NCBI GenBank assembly: GCA_964477545.1 | Contig: CAYZEJ010000002.1 | Location: forward strand, 1 to 62,388 | DNA length: 62,388 bases | Reading direction: 5' to 3' | Source of the DNA: an uncultured Anaerolineaceae bacterium | GTDB lineage: Bacteria > Chloroflexota > Limnocylindria > Limnocylindrales > CSP1-4 | Notes under the pieces: model-generated | Told to the model about the DNA's origin: nothing | The model's database searches: none | The model's input: only the letters and a program-made list of their open reading frames with translations | Shown here: positions 43,272 through 51,534 of the stretch, piece by piece | Position numbering within the stretch: position 1 is the first letter of the stretch | Layout of the letters: each line of letters starts with the position of its first letter | Program-made: the position numbers and the translations under genes

Positions 43272-45215
43272 CTACCTCAGAAGAGAAGTCATGAGCTGAA
43301 TGAAGACAAGGACCAACACAATGACCAGGATCGCCATGCCGATCGTCAGGACGGCCGTCAGGATCTGCGAGGGTTCCTTCCCTTCGGAGATGTCGCCCTC
43401 GTCGCCGTGATTGACAGCGTCCGGCTCGGTGGCGAGGAACCACAGATCCGACTGATCCTGGGCTGACACGGCAGGCAGAGCGGCGCTCGCGACCAAGCGC
43501 GGACTGGCGGCTGGCAGGACCTGGGCGCGCTGGGGCTCGACGTAAGTCGGTGGCGCGAACGGGGGCGCAGCGGCAGATGGGTACGGGATGGGTGGCTGGG
43601 TTCCTGGCCTCGGCGCCGCGGCCGAAGTGGGCGGCGCATAAGTCACCGGCTCCTGTGGCACGGCGTATGCCGGCGGTGGTGCGAAAACGGGTCGAGACGC
43701 GGTCGGTGCCGCGGGAAGTCCCGCCAGCGGGTCGGCCTGTCCTGGCTGCGCCCAAGGTGGGACTGCCGCGGGATATGGCTGCACGACTGGTGGCGGAGCA
43801 AAGGACGGGGCTCCTGCCTGGGTCGGCGCAACGGTTGGGACAGACATGCTGTCCGCCTCGGGCCACGTTGCCTGAGCGAAGAATGCCGGAGCGGGTGCCC
43901 ACGGCGGCGTGGGCGCGGTTGCGGGTCGGAACGCAGCCGGCATTTCCGTGGGCGGGACGAATTGCGGCTGCTGCCACTCGGGCGGGGACACCGGATCTTG
44001 CTGGGTGTCGTGCCATGGTGCCGAGGCGACCGATTGGGCCGGAGCGACGGGCCTGGTCCGCTGCGGCGCGGTTGGCTCGATCCACGCATCGTGGCCGCCG
44101 TTGTTTCCGCGCGGCTCGAACGCGGGATGGCGCGCCGTCACGGGCGCAATTTCAGGCACCGCCGGCCCAGGCACAGCGGGCGCGTAGTCGAGCTCGTTGG
44201 CTCTTCGGGCGGCTTCGGCTGCGCTTACAAGACGGTGCGAATCATCGAGGATCGCGAGCTCAATCCGAACAACGAGTGGCGCCTGCGGGGCTGGCGCGGT
44301 CGAGTATTGCACCGCGGGCTGTGCAGGCTGGTGCGGGTTTGCCGGTTGTGGCTGCTCAATGGCTGCGGCAGGCACAGGTTCGGGAGCTGGATCGACTGGG
44401 GCGGCGGGCTCGGGCGGGTCAGCGTGGGCGAACGCCGCAACTCCGTTACTGAATAGACCCGCGGGCGGCGTCGGGCCGAATCCGGTCTGTCCGAAGCCGG
44501 TTGGCTCTACGGCAGATTCGGGCCAGCTCGTCGCAGGTTCGGCCGGCTCACTCCAGTCGGAACTTGCTGCCGATAGTGCGGCCACCGGCTGGGCAAGGGC
44601 GCCAGACACCGGGGCCTGGGCGATCTGCTCCGTCGAGATGGTCGCGTCGTTGCGGCCTGAGTCGTGGCCATTCAGTTCCGGCCAGGCATGAGCGACGGGC
44701 TGGGATACGTCGCCGAGCACGGGGGCATAAGCATCGTCCGGATCCGCGGCGGCGGACTGGCCGACGAACTCGGCGCTTGCAGCATTGGCGCTAACTACCG
44801 CCGCTACAGGAGCCCAGGGCATCGGCCACGCGTGCATCTGAAGTGTCGCGCTGTCGGGGTTCGCGTCAAACATGTCGGGCGTGCGATCGTCCTCCGGACC
44901 AGGGTCGACCCAGTCGCCCGCGGCAGGCCGGTCCCACGCCGGTTCGTCAGGCGCGGCGGTGTCGAGGGTAGCCGTGTCCGTTGGCTGCTCAAACTCGTTC
45001 GGGCGATCCCACGGAACGTCGTCGCGTGGCGGAGTGGTCCACATTGGCGCTTCGTCCGGAGCGGGCGTCCACGCGGGTGCGACCTCGGCTGACTGTTGAG
45101 TGGGCGGTGTCCAGTCCTCGGTCGGATCGGTCGGATGCATCGATGGCGGCTGATTAGTCGTCTGCATCGGCTCGGACGGAGGTCGAAGTCGCCGGGCCAT
45201 GAGGTCGTTGTCCAT
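43272..45215 (-). CDS. Pro/Ala/Trp-rich acidic low-complexity protein with a single C-terminal TM helix (tail-anchored)
   Basis: Track ORF 43272..45281 trimmed to Met23, whose ATG shares one nt with the thiolase TGA (TGATG). C-terminal ILTAVLTIGMAILVIVLVLVFIQLM. Confidence 0.55.
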   Translation of the reverse strand: MDNDLMARRLRPPSEPMQTTNQPPSMHPTDPTEDWTPPTQQSAEVAPAWTPAPDEAPMWTTPPRDDVPWDRPNEFEQPTDTATLDTAAPDEPAWDRPAAGDWVDPGPEDDRTPDMFDANPDSATLQMHAWPMPWAPVAAVVSANAASAEFVGQSAAADPDDAYAPVLGDVSQPVAHAWPELNGHDSGRNDATISTEQIAQAPVSGALAQPVAALSAASSDWSEPAEPATSWPESAVEPTGFGQTGFGPTPPAGLFSNGVAAFAHADPPEPAAPVDPAPEPVPAAAIEQPQPANPHQPAQPAVQYSTAPAPQAPLVVRIELAILDDSHRLVSAAEAARRANELDYAPAVPGPAVPEIAPVTARHPAFEPRGNNGGHDAWIEPTAPQRTRPVAPAQSVASAPWHDTQQDPVSPPEWQQPQFVPPTEMPAAFRPATAPTPPWAPAPAFFAQATWPEADSMSVPTVAPTQAGAPSFAPPPVVQPYPAAVPPWAQPGQADPLAGLPAAPTASRPVFAPPPAYAVPQEPVTYAPPTSAAAPRPGTQPPIPYPSAAAPPFAPPTYVEPQRAQVLPAASPRLVASAALPAVSAQDQSDLWFLATEPDAVNHGDEGDISEGKEPSQILTAVLTIGMAILVIVLVLVFIQLMTSLLR

Positions 45216-46456
45216 CAGGCGGGGACCTCTTCGCCGATGCGCTCGATGATCGTGGCGATCCCCTGGCCTACGCCGATGCACATCGTCGCCAGGCCGAAGC
45301 GCTTCCCGGTGCGGGCCAACTCGTGACTGAGCATCGTGATCAGGCGCGCCCCACTCATGCCGAGCGGGTGGCCGAGCGCGATCGCCCCGCCGTTCACGTT
45401 GACCCTCTCTGGATCCAGACCGAGCTCGCGCATGACAGCGATCGACTGGCTGGCGAACGCCTCATTGAGCTCTATCAAATCGAGATCGCCGACCTCGAGG
45501 CCCGCGCGCTCGAGCGCCTTCCGCGTCGCCGGGATGGGGCCGAGGCCCATCACCGAGGGGTCAACGCCTGCGACTGCCGTCGAGACCACGCGCGCCAAGG
45601 GCTTGAGGCCCTCGCGTTCGGCGAATTCCCGCGCGACGACGACCGTCGCCGATGCGCCGTCGTTGATCCCCGACGAGTTGCCGGCGGTCACACTGCCGCC
45701 CTCGCGGAAGGCTGCTCGCAAGCGACCGAGGGCCTCCATCGACGTATCCGCGCGGGGATGCTCATCGCGCTCGACCGAGATCGACTCGCCCTTCGGCTGC
45801 GGGACCATCACCGGCACGATCTGATTCATGAAGCGGCCTTCGTCGATGGCCGCCACGGCGCGCCTGTGACTGCGCAGCGCAAACTCGTCCTGCTCCTCGC
45901 GCGTGACTCCGCAGCGCTCCGCGACGTTCTCGCCCGTCTCGCCCATCGAATAGGGCTGATGCATCTCGGCCAGGCGCGGATTGGTGAAGCGCCAGCCGAG
46001 CGTGGTGTCGTACATCTCGCGATTGCCACGGTCGTACGGGGTTTCCGGCTTGGCCATCACGTACGGCGCTCGAGTCATCGACTCCACCCCGCCGGCCACG
46101 AACGCGTCCCCGTCGCCGGCCATGATGGCGTGCGCTGCGCTGTTGATTGCCTGCAAACCTGACCCGCACAGTCGATTGACGGTCTGCCCTGCAATCTCCA
46201 CTGGCAGTCCCGCGAGGAGAGCGGCCATGCGCGCTACGTTGCGGTTGTCCTCACCGGCCTGGTTGGCGCAGCCGAGGATGACGTCTTCGAATTCGAGCGG
46301 CTCAACGCCAGATCGCTCGACCGCTGCCTTGATGGCAGTAGCCGCCAGATCGTCCGGTCGGACGCGCGCGAGTGCGCCACCGTAACGGCCAACTGGCGTG
46401 CGGACAGCACTGACTATCCACGCTTCGCGCGTGCGTCGATCGAGAGGTCGCGACAT
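45215..46456 (-). CDS. Acetyl-CoA C-acetyltransferase (thiolase II)
   Basis: Track ORF trimmed to Met16. Active-site segments [29 protein letters not shown] and CIGVGQG. Confidence 0.9.
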   Translation of the reverse strand: MSRPLDRRTREAWIVSAVRTPVGRYGGALARVRPDDLAATAIKAAVERSGVEPLEFEDVILGCANQAGEDNRNVARMAALLAGLPVEIAGQTVNRLCGSGLQAINSAAHAIMAGDGDAFVAGGVESMTRAPYVMAKPETPYDRGNREMYDTTLGWRFTNPRLAEMHQPYSMGETGENVAERCGVTREEQDEFALRSHRRAVAAIDEGRFMNQIVPVMVPQPKGESISVERDEHPRADTSMEALGRLRAAFREGGSVTAGNSSGINDGASATVVVAREFAEREGLKPLARVVSTAVAGVDPSVMGLGPIPATRKALERAGLEVGDLDLIELNEAFASQSIAVMRELGLDPERVNVNGGAIALGHPLGMSGARLITMLSHELARTGKRFGLATMCIGVGQGIATIIERIGEEVPA

Positions 46457-46472
46457 GCACGGATTGTAGGAG

Positions 46473-46490
46473 CGGTGCCCATATGCACCG
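46473..46490. promoter_or_regulatory. Palindrome cggtgc-ccatat-gcaccg upstream of the thiolase gene (candidate operator)
   Basis: 6-bp inverted repeat around an AT-rich 6-nt spacer, 17-34 nt upstream of ATG 46456. Confidence 0.3.
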
Positions 46491-46559
46491 GCATAGCCCA
46501 AAGGTCACGGGGTGCGGCAGCCGTTGTCTGCCGCGCGCCGCGCCTGGAGGCGTCATGTC

Positions 46560-46738
46560 GAGGCTCCGTCAGCGCCGCGGACCCCTCGCCGCGGACCGTA
46601 CTGACGAGGCTCCGTCAGCGCCGCGGACCCCTCGCCGCGGACCGTACTGACGAGGCTCCGTCAGCGCCGCGGACCCCTCGCCGCGGACCGTTCTGACGAG
46701 GCTCCGTCAGCGCCGCGGACCCCTCGCCGCGGACCGTT
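46560..46738. repeat. Intergenic tandem repeat, 46-bp unit x 3.9 copies, each unit self-complementary
   Basis: Unit gaggctccgtcagcgccgcggacccctcgccgcggaccgtactgac at 46560-46605 and 46606-46651 (identical), 46652-46697 (1 substitution) and 46698-46738 (truncated, runs into ttttt). 46 is not a multiple of 3, so the repeat is not coding. Confidence 0.9.
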
Positions 46739-46936
46739 TTTCAAATGCCACTTTCAACTCGGCGGTATGGCAACGATCTAGCTGTCTTCCGCGGCGTCCA
46801 CGTCCCACCCGGCGGCAACCAGCGCCGTGAATCCACGCTCATTTCCCGCAAGCGAGCGCCTGGTCCCACTGCCCCTCGGCCAAGATTGGGAGATAAGGCG
46901 TCGATAAGTGCCGAAGTTGAAAATGCGATTTGAAAA
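46738..46936. repeat. About 200-bp lower-GC segment bounded by 21-bp imperfect inverted repeats (MITE-like element or paired operator sites)
   Basis: ttttcaaatgccactttcaac (46738-46758) matches the reverse complement of gttgaaaatgcgatttgaaaa (46916-36) at 18/21 positions. The direct repeat ttgaaaatgc occurs at 46917-46926 and 46930-46939, 40-60 nt upstream of the XRE gene start. Confidence 0.5.
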
Positions 46937-46978
46937 TGCCGCAGGAAACGATCGAAGTCGCCGAATGGAGGCGACGCA

Positions 46979-47746
46979 GTGTCCAGGAGAAACCGGCTCA
47001 CCCGTGCTGCGTCCAGGCTCGATGCTCGCCGGCTTGCTCACGCCTCGGCCGTCACCCTGGGCGGTCGAGTCCGGGATGCACGACGGCGTCGTCGGTGGAG
47101 CCTCCGTCAGCTCGGGGAGCGAGTAGGGCTGACAGCCGCTCGATTGAGCCAAATCGAGCGAGCAGGCGGTGCCGGAGCCCCGCTCGAAGTCTGGTACGCG
47201 CTCGGCCAGGCATTGGGGCTGCCGTTCCAGGCGGCCTTCGCTCGCGACAAGGCCGAGGAACCGTTCGACGCCGGTCATCTCGGAATCCAGGACCTGGCGC
47301 TGCGGCTCGGCCGAATCACCGGTCGCAGCCGGAGCTTCGAGCTGCCCACCCGACCCGCGGATCCGTCTCTTTCGATCGATGTGGGCCTTAGAGACGATGC
47401 GCGGCGGCTCCTGATCATCGAAGAGTGCTGGAACACATTCGGCAACATCAACGCGAGCGTCCGGAGCACTAGGCGCAAGATCGCCGAAGCCGAGGACCTC
47501 GCGGTTGCTGCCGGAGGAGATGCGGGGCCGTTCCGAGTCGCGGCATGCTGGATCGTCCGAGACACGCGGAGAAATCGAGAGATCGTGGGGCGCTACCCAG
47601 ACGTTTTCGCGAGCACGTTCCCGGGCTCATCCCGCCAATGGGTCGCGGCACTGACACGGCCGGGCGTCTCCCCGCCAGAGGGACTGGGGCTTGTGTGGTG
47701 CGACCTGAGAGCCAGGCGGCTGTTTGCGTGGCGGAAACCTTCCTAG
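46979..47746 (+). CDS. XRE-family helix-turn-helix regulator with unassigned C-terminal domain
   Basis: Track ORF, GTG start. HTH WSLRQLGERVGLTAARLSQIERAG. I cannot assign the roughly 170-aa C-terminal part. Confidence 0.7.
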   Translation: MSRRNRLTRAASRLDARRLAHASAVTLGGRVRDARRRRRWSLRQLGERVGLTAARLSQIERAGGAGAPLEVWYALGQALGLPFQAAFARDKAEEPFDAGHLGIQDLALRLGRITGRSRSFELPTRPADPSLSIDVGLRDDARRLLIIEECWNTFGNINASVRSTRRKIAEAEDLAVAAGGDAGPFRVAACWIVRDTRRNREIVGRYPDVFASTFPGSSRQWVAALTRPGVSPPEGLGLVWCDLRARRLFAWRKPS

Positions 47747-48924
47747 ATCGACGCCACCTGCCAGAGCGAGCGGGCGACCTGAAAGCGCTCCCCGTAGCGA
47801 GACTCGAGCCGAGCGAGCCCCTCGATGACGTTCCTCAATCCGATCTGTCCGGCACGCTCGAACGGACCGTGCGGGTGATTGGCGCCGAGCCTCATCGCCC
47901 GGTCTATATCAGGCGGCTCGGCCACTCCTTCGGCCGCTGCGATGTATGCCTCGTTGATGATGGCCAGCTCGATGCGCTCGACGATTTCAATGTCCGTCAA
48001 ATCAGTTCCGGCGGGCGCCTGGACGCCCACCTCGGCGAGGCTGGATGACAGGCCAGTCGGTCGGCCGTCCTCGTATCTGTAGAAACCCTCGCCGGTCTTT
48101 CGGCCGAGGCGTCCGCCTGCAACGAGGGTGAGCTGGATGCCTGAGGGCGTGAACCGGAGCGCCTCGTCGAAACCCTCCCACAGTGCCGTGGCGACAGCGA
48201 GGTTGACGTCGATGCCGACGAGGTCCATCAGGGCGAGCGGGCCCATCGGATAACCGGCCGACTGGACCGCCCGATCGATCTGCTCAACACCAGCCTCGCC
48301 CGCCTCGAGCATGCGCAGCGCTTCGAGCGTGAACGGCCGATTCACCCGATTGACGATGAAACCCGGCATGTCGGCGCTGACGATGGGCTGCTTGCCGAGT
48401 CCCTCGACGAAGGCAACGGCGCGGTCGAGGATTGCATCGGAGGTACGCTGCGTGGCGACGACCTCGACCAGCGGCATCACCGGCGCCGGGTTGAAGAAAT
48501 GGAGACCGACGACGCGCTCCGGCACTCCGCTCGACTCGGCGATCTCGGCGACGCTCAGGGCGCTCGTGTTTGTTGCGAGGATCGTCTCTGGGCCGGCGGA
48601 AGCGCCCAGCGCCAGGAAGATGGTTCGCTTCAGGTCCAGGTCCTCGAGCGCCGCCTCGATTACCAGGTCCGCCTCTTGCGCGAGGCCCTCCAGCGTGTGG
48701 GCATCGTGCAGCGAATCGAGCATCTGTTGCCGATCGTCCGGTGTGAGGCGGCCCTTCTCGACGAGTCTTGCCAGGCCGTCAGCGATGCGGGCACGGCCAC
48801 GCTCGATCTGTTGGTGATCGACGTCGTGCAAGTGGACCTCGTGTCCGGCCTGAAGAGAGACCTGGGCGATACCCGCGCCCATCGTCCCGGCGCCGACGAC
48901 GCCGACGATGAGAGGCTCAGTCAC
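47743..48924 (-). CDS. 3-hydroxyacyl-CoA dehydrogenase (NAD-binding + duplicated C-terminal domain)
   Basis: Track ORF 47743..49131 trimmed to GTG 48924, which overlaps the upstream hydratase stop by 8 nt. VGVVGAGTMGAGIAQ Rossmann motif and PGFIVNR. Confidence 0.85.
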   Translation of the reverse strand: MTEPLIVGVVGAGTMGAGIAQVSLQAGHEVHLHDVDHQQIERGRARIADGLARLVEKGRLTPDDRQQMLDSLHDAHTLEGLAQEADLVIEAALEDLDLKRTIFLALGASAGPETILATNTSALSVAEIAESSGVPERVVGLHFFNPAPVMPLVEVVATQRTSDAILDRAVAFVEGLGKQPIVSADMPGFIVNRVNRPFTLEALRMLEAGEAGVEQIDRAVQSAGYPMGPLALMDLVGIDVNLAVATALWEGFDEALRFTPSGIQLTLVAGGRLGRKTGEGFYRYEDGRPTGLSSSLAEVGVQAPAGTDLTDIEIVERIELAIINEAYIAAAEGVAEPPDIDRAMRLGANHPHGPFERAGQIGLRNVIEGLARLESRYGERFQVARSLWQVASI

Positions 48925-49696
48925 CTTTGAAGTTCGGCGCTCGCTTCTCGACAAACGCTGCGACGCCCTCCTTGTGGTCGTTGGACCGGCCCGCGACCGA
49001 CTGGAGTTGAGCCTCGTAGTCGAGGGCCTGCTCGAGGTCCAGCTCGAGCGCCCGGTTGAGGGCGCGCTTTGCGAGGGCGAGTGCGATGGGCGCCGATTTG
49101 GCGAGGCGTGCGGCGAGCACGTTGGCTTCATCCATCAGGCGGTCGGCGGGAACGGCGCGGTTGATCAGCCCGATTCGCTCGGCGGTCGCGGCGTCAACGG
49201 GGTCGCCGGTGAAAATCATCTCGGCGGCGCGAGGGAGGCCGACAAGGCGGGGCAGGAACCAGGTCGAGCCGGTGTCAGGGACCAGCCCGACGCGCGAGAA
49301 GGCCTCGATGAACGTGGCGTTATCGGCGGCGATGACGATGTCGCAGGCCAGCGCGATGGACATGCCCGCGCCCGCGGCGACGCCGTTGACGGCGCCGACA
49401 ATCGGCTTCTCGAGTCGGCGCATGGCCACGATGATCGGGTTGTAGCGGATGCGCAGCTCCGCCCCGAGATCGCTGATGCCCGGCGCCTGCCGCTCCTTGA
49501 GGTCTTGACCCGCCGAGAACGCACGCCCCGCGCCCGTCAAGACGATGGCCCGCACTTCCTTGTCGCGCCCAGCCTCCTTGAGGGTGGCAAGGAGCGCCTC
49601 CTTCATCTCGATCGTGAAGCTATTGAGCGCGTCCGGCCGATTCAGGGTGAGCGTGAGAACACCGTCGGCTGTGGCGCGGAGCACCGAGTCACTCAC
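48917..49696 (-). CDS. Enoyl-CoA hydratase/isomerase family protein
   Basis: Track ORF 48917..49915 trimmed to GTG 49696 (GTGA overlap with the upstream small gene). LTLNRPDALNSF, GAGRAFSAGQDL and VNGVAAGAGMSIALACD. Confidence 0.85.
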   Translation of the reverse strand: MSDSVLRATADGVLTLTLNRPDALNSFTIEMKEALLATLKEAGRDKEVRAIVLTGAGRAFSAGQDLKERQAPGISDLGAELRIRYNPIIVAMRRLEKPIVGAVNGVAAGAGMSIALACDIVIAADNATFIEAFSRVGLVPDTGSTWFLPRLVGLPRAAEMIFTGDPVDAATAERIGLINRAVPADRLMDEANVLAARLAKSAPIALALAKRALNRALELDLEQALDYEAQLQSVAGRSNDHKEGVAAFVEKRAPNFKGD

Positions 49697-49953
49697 CGGG
49701 CCCACTCGCCGTTCCGGTCGATCCACAGGATCGTCGCGTAGGACATCGCCGCCACAACAAATGCCCAGATGGCGGCTATCACGTACAACACCCGGCCGTC
49801 TCCAGTGTCGAGCGCGAGCGCCACAAGAACGGCGCCGGTTACAAGCTCGAAACCGATCCAGAACCATTGGCTGCGTCGCGTGCGCGAGCCCAAGAGGGTC
49901 ACTTTCACCCACCATGGATACCGTTCTGGAGGAACGCGACCCGTCAAGGACAT
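49693..49953 (-). CDS. Small membrane protein (86 aa), paralog of 50456..50716
   Basis: Track ORF. It shares YPWW..V.L.G..SR..QWF ... AAM.Y..I.WIDR.G.W with the 50456..50716 product and has the same length. Two hydrophobic helices. Confidence 0.6.
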   Translation of the reverse strand: MSLTGRVPPERYPWWVKVTLLGSRTRRSQWFWIGFELVTGAVLVALALDTGDGRVLYVIAAIWAFVVAAMSYATILWIDRNGEWAR

Positions 49954-49980
49954 CGCTGTCAGGTTATCGCTTGGGTTGGG

Positions 49981-50442
49981 TCAGATACCGACATCGACCG
50001 GCTGCGTCGGAGGGCCAACCTCGAGCAGTTGGAGTACCAGCTCCGGCAGCCGCCGCGGCGCAAACTCATCAGCACTTGTCGCCAGCTCATCGGCTGTCCA
50101 CCATCGAATGTCGTCGGGGCCATGCTCGAGCAGGGCCTCGGGAGACGGGCGCGGCTCGAAGGCCGCGGCATGGCCGACGTAGATCCGCTCGGTCTGGTCG
50201 AACGGCTGTCCTCTGAAGACACCGACATGGCGTCTCGTCCAGATGCACGATCCCAGCTCAAGATCAATGCTGCCAAGTTCCTCGGTTAGCTCTCGCGAGG
50301 CCGCGGTCTCGTCGGTTTCGCCTGCCTCGACACCGCCGCCAGGAGTGCACCACCAAGAATGATCGCCGTCCCAGAAGCGGACAAGCAGAATCCGGTCTGA
50401 TTCGTCAAATAGCAGAACGCGAACCGACTGGCGGCTGCCCAC
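49981..50442 (-). CDS. NUDIX hydrolase
   Basis: Track ORF with the Nudix box GGGVEAGETDETAASRELTEELG. Confidence 0.85.
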   Translation of the reverse strand: MGSRQSVRVLLFDESDRILLVRFWDGDHSWWCTPGGGVEAGETDETAASRELTEELGSIDLELGSCIWTRRHVGVFRGQPFDQTERIYVGHAAAFEPRPSPEALLEHGPDDIRWWTADELATSADEFAPRRLPELVLQLLEVGPPTQPVDVGI

Positions 50443-50455
50443 CTTGCGCTATCGC

Positions 50456-50716
50456 TCAGCTCCACGTGCCGTGGCGGTCGATCCAACGGATCGTCAGCCA
50501 ATACATGGCAGCCGAAATCACAAACCCGATGCCGCCGATTAGCGCGATAAGCACGCCCAGTGTTGACTGCGAGACCACTAGTCCGTACAGCAGCGCCCCA
50601 ACCGCCGCGGCCAGAGATAGCCAGAGGAAGAACCATTGCGCGGTCCGGCTACCCGCGCCCATGAGAGACACCCTGGCCCACCATGGGTATTTATCTCGCG
50701 AAACGCGTGGGTCCAT
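50456..50716 (-). CDS. Small membrane protein (86 aa), paralog of 49693..49953
   Basis: C-terminal 86 aa of track ORF 50456..51343, starting at ATG 50716, which shares one nt with the upstream hydratase TGA. Confidence 0.6.
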   Translation of the reverse strand: MDPRVSRDKYPWWARVSLMGAGSRTAQWFFLWLSLAAAVGALLYGLVVSQSTLGVLIALIGGIGFVISAAMYWLTIRWIDRHGTWS

Positions 50717-51534
50717 CAGCGGCCTTTCCACGTTGGCTTGCGCTTCTCCATGAACGCCCGCATGCCCTCCTTCTGATCCTCGCTCGCGAAGAGGAGGAAG
50801 AAGTTGCGGCGCTCGAACTCCAGGCCGGCCTCCAGCGACAGCTCGTACGCTCGGTTGACTGCTTCCTTTGCGGCGCGGACGGCGAGAGGAGGCATCGACG
50901 CCACCTCCGACGCCAGAGTCAGGGCGGATGGCACGGTCTCCTCGCGAGCCACCACCTGAGAGACGAGGCCGCGTTCGTACGCCTCGAGCGCCGACAGGTT
51001 GCGCCCCGTCAGGATCATCTCCATCGCCTTTGCCTTGCCCAGGGCCCGGGTCAGCCGCTGAGTCCCGCCCGCGCCGGGCATGATCCCGATCTTGATCTCC
51101 GGCTGGCCGAACGTCGCGTCGTCCGCGGCGACGACCATGTCGCACGCCATGGCCAGTTCGCATCCGCCACCCAGGGCGAAGCCGCGCACGGCCGCGATAA
51201 GTGGCACGCGGATGCGACGCAGCCGCTCCCAGCGTGCGAAGTTGTTTGCGATCGTCAGGGTGACCGGCGTCGCGTCGGCCATCTCCTTGATATCGGCGCC
51301 TGCAGCGAACGCCCGATCTCCAGCTCCCGTGATAACGACGCATCTGACCGATTCATCGCGGTCGAGTGACTCGAGCGCCTCAACCAGCTCGCCCAGGGTC
51401 TGGTAGTCGAGGGCGTTCAGCACCTCCGGTCGATCGAGAGTCACCAGCGCGACGCCGTCGACGGCCGCACCCGTGGCGGGATGCGACGCCGGGTTGTCGA
51501 CCCTTACTCGCGGCTTGGTCGTTTCAGCGCTCAT
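50716..51534 (-). CDS. Enoyl-CoA hydratase (crotonase)
   Basis: Track ORF 50716..51648 trimmed to Met39 (ATGA overlap with the upstream gene). VTLDRPEVLNAL, GAGDRAFAAGADI and VRGFALGGGCELAMACD. Confidence 0.9.
   Translation of the reverse strand: MSAETTKPRVRVDNPASHPATGAAVDGVALVTLDRPEVLNALDYQTLGELVEALESLDRDESVRCVVITGAGDRAFAAGADIKEMADATPVTLTIANNFARWERLRRIRVPLIAAVRGFALGGGCELAMACDMVVAADDATFGQPEIKIGIMPGAGGTQRLTRALGKAKAMEMILTGRNLSALEAYERGLVSQVVAREETVPSALTLASEVASMPPLAVRAAKEAVNRAYELSLEAGLEFERRNFFLLFASEDQKEGMRAFMEKRKPTWKGR

Noticed and set aside
46560-46738. Possible CRISPR array (regular 46-bp repeats).
   Set aside because: The copies are head-to-tail with no unique spacers between them, there are only about 4 units, and no cas genes lie nearby. 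It is a tandem repeat, not a CRISPR array.
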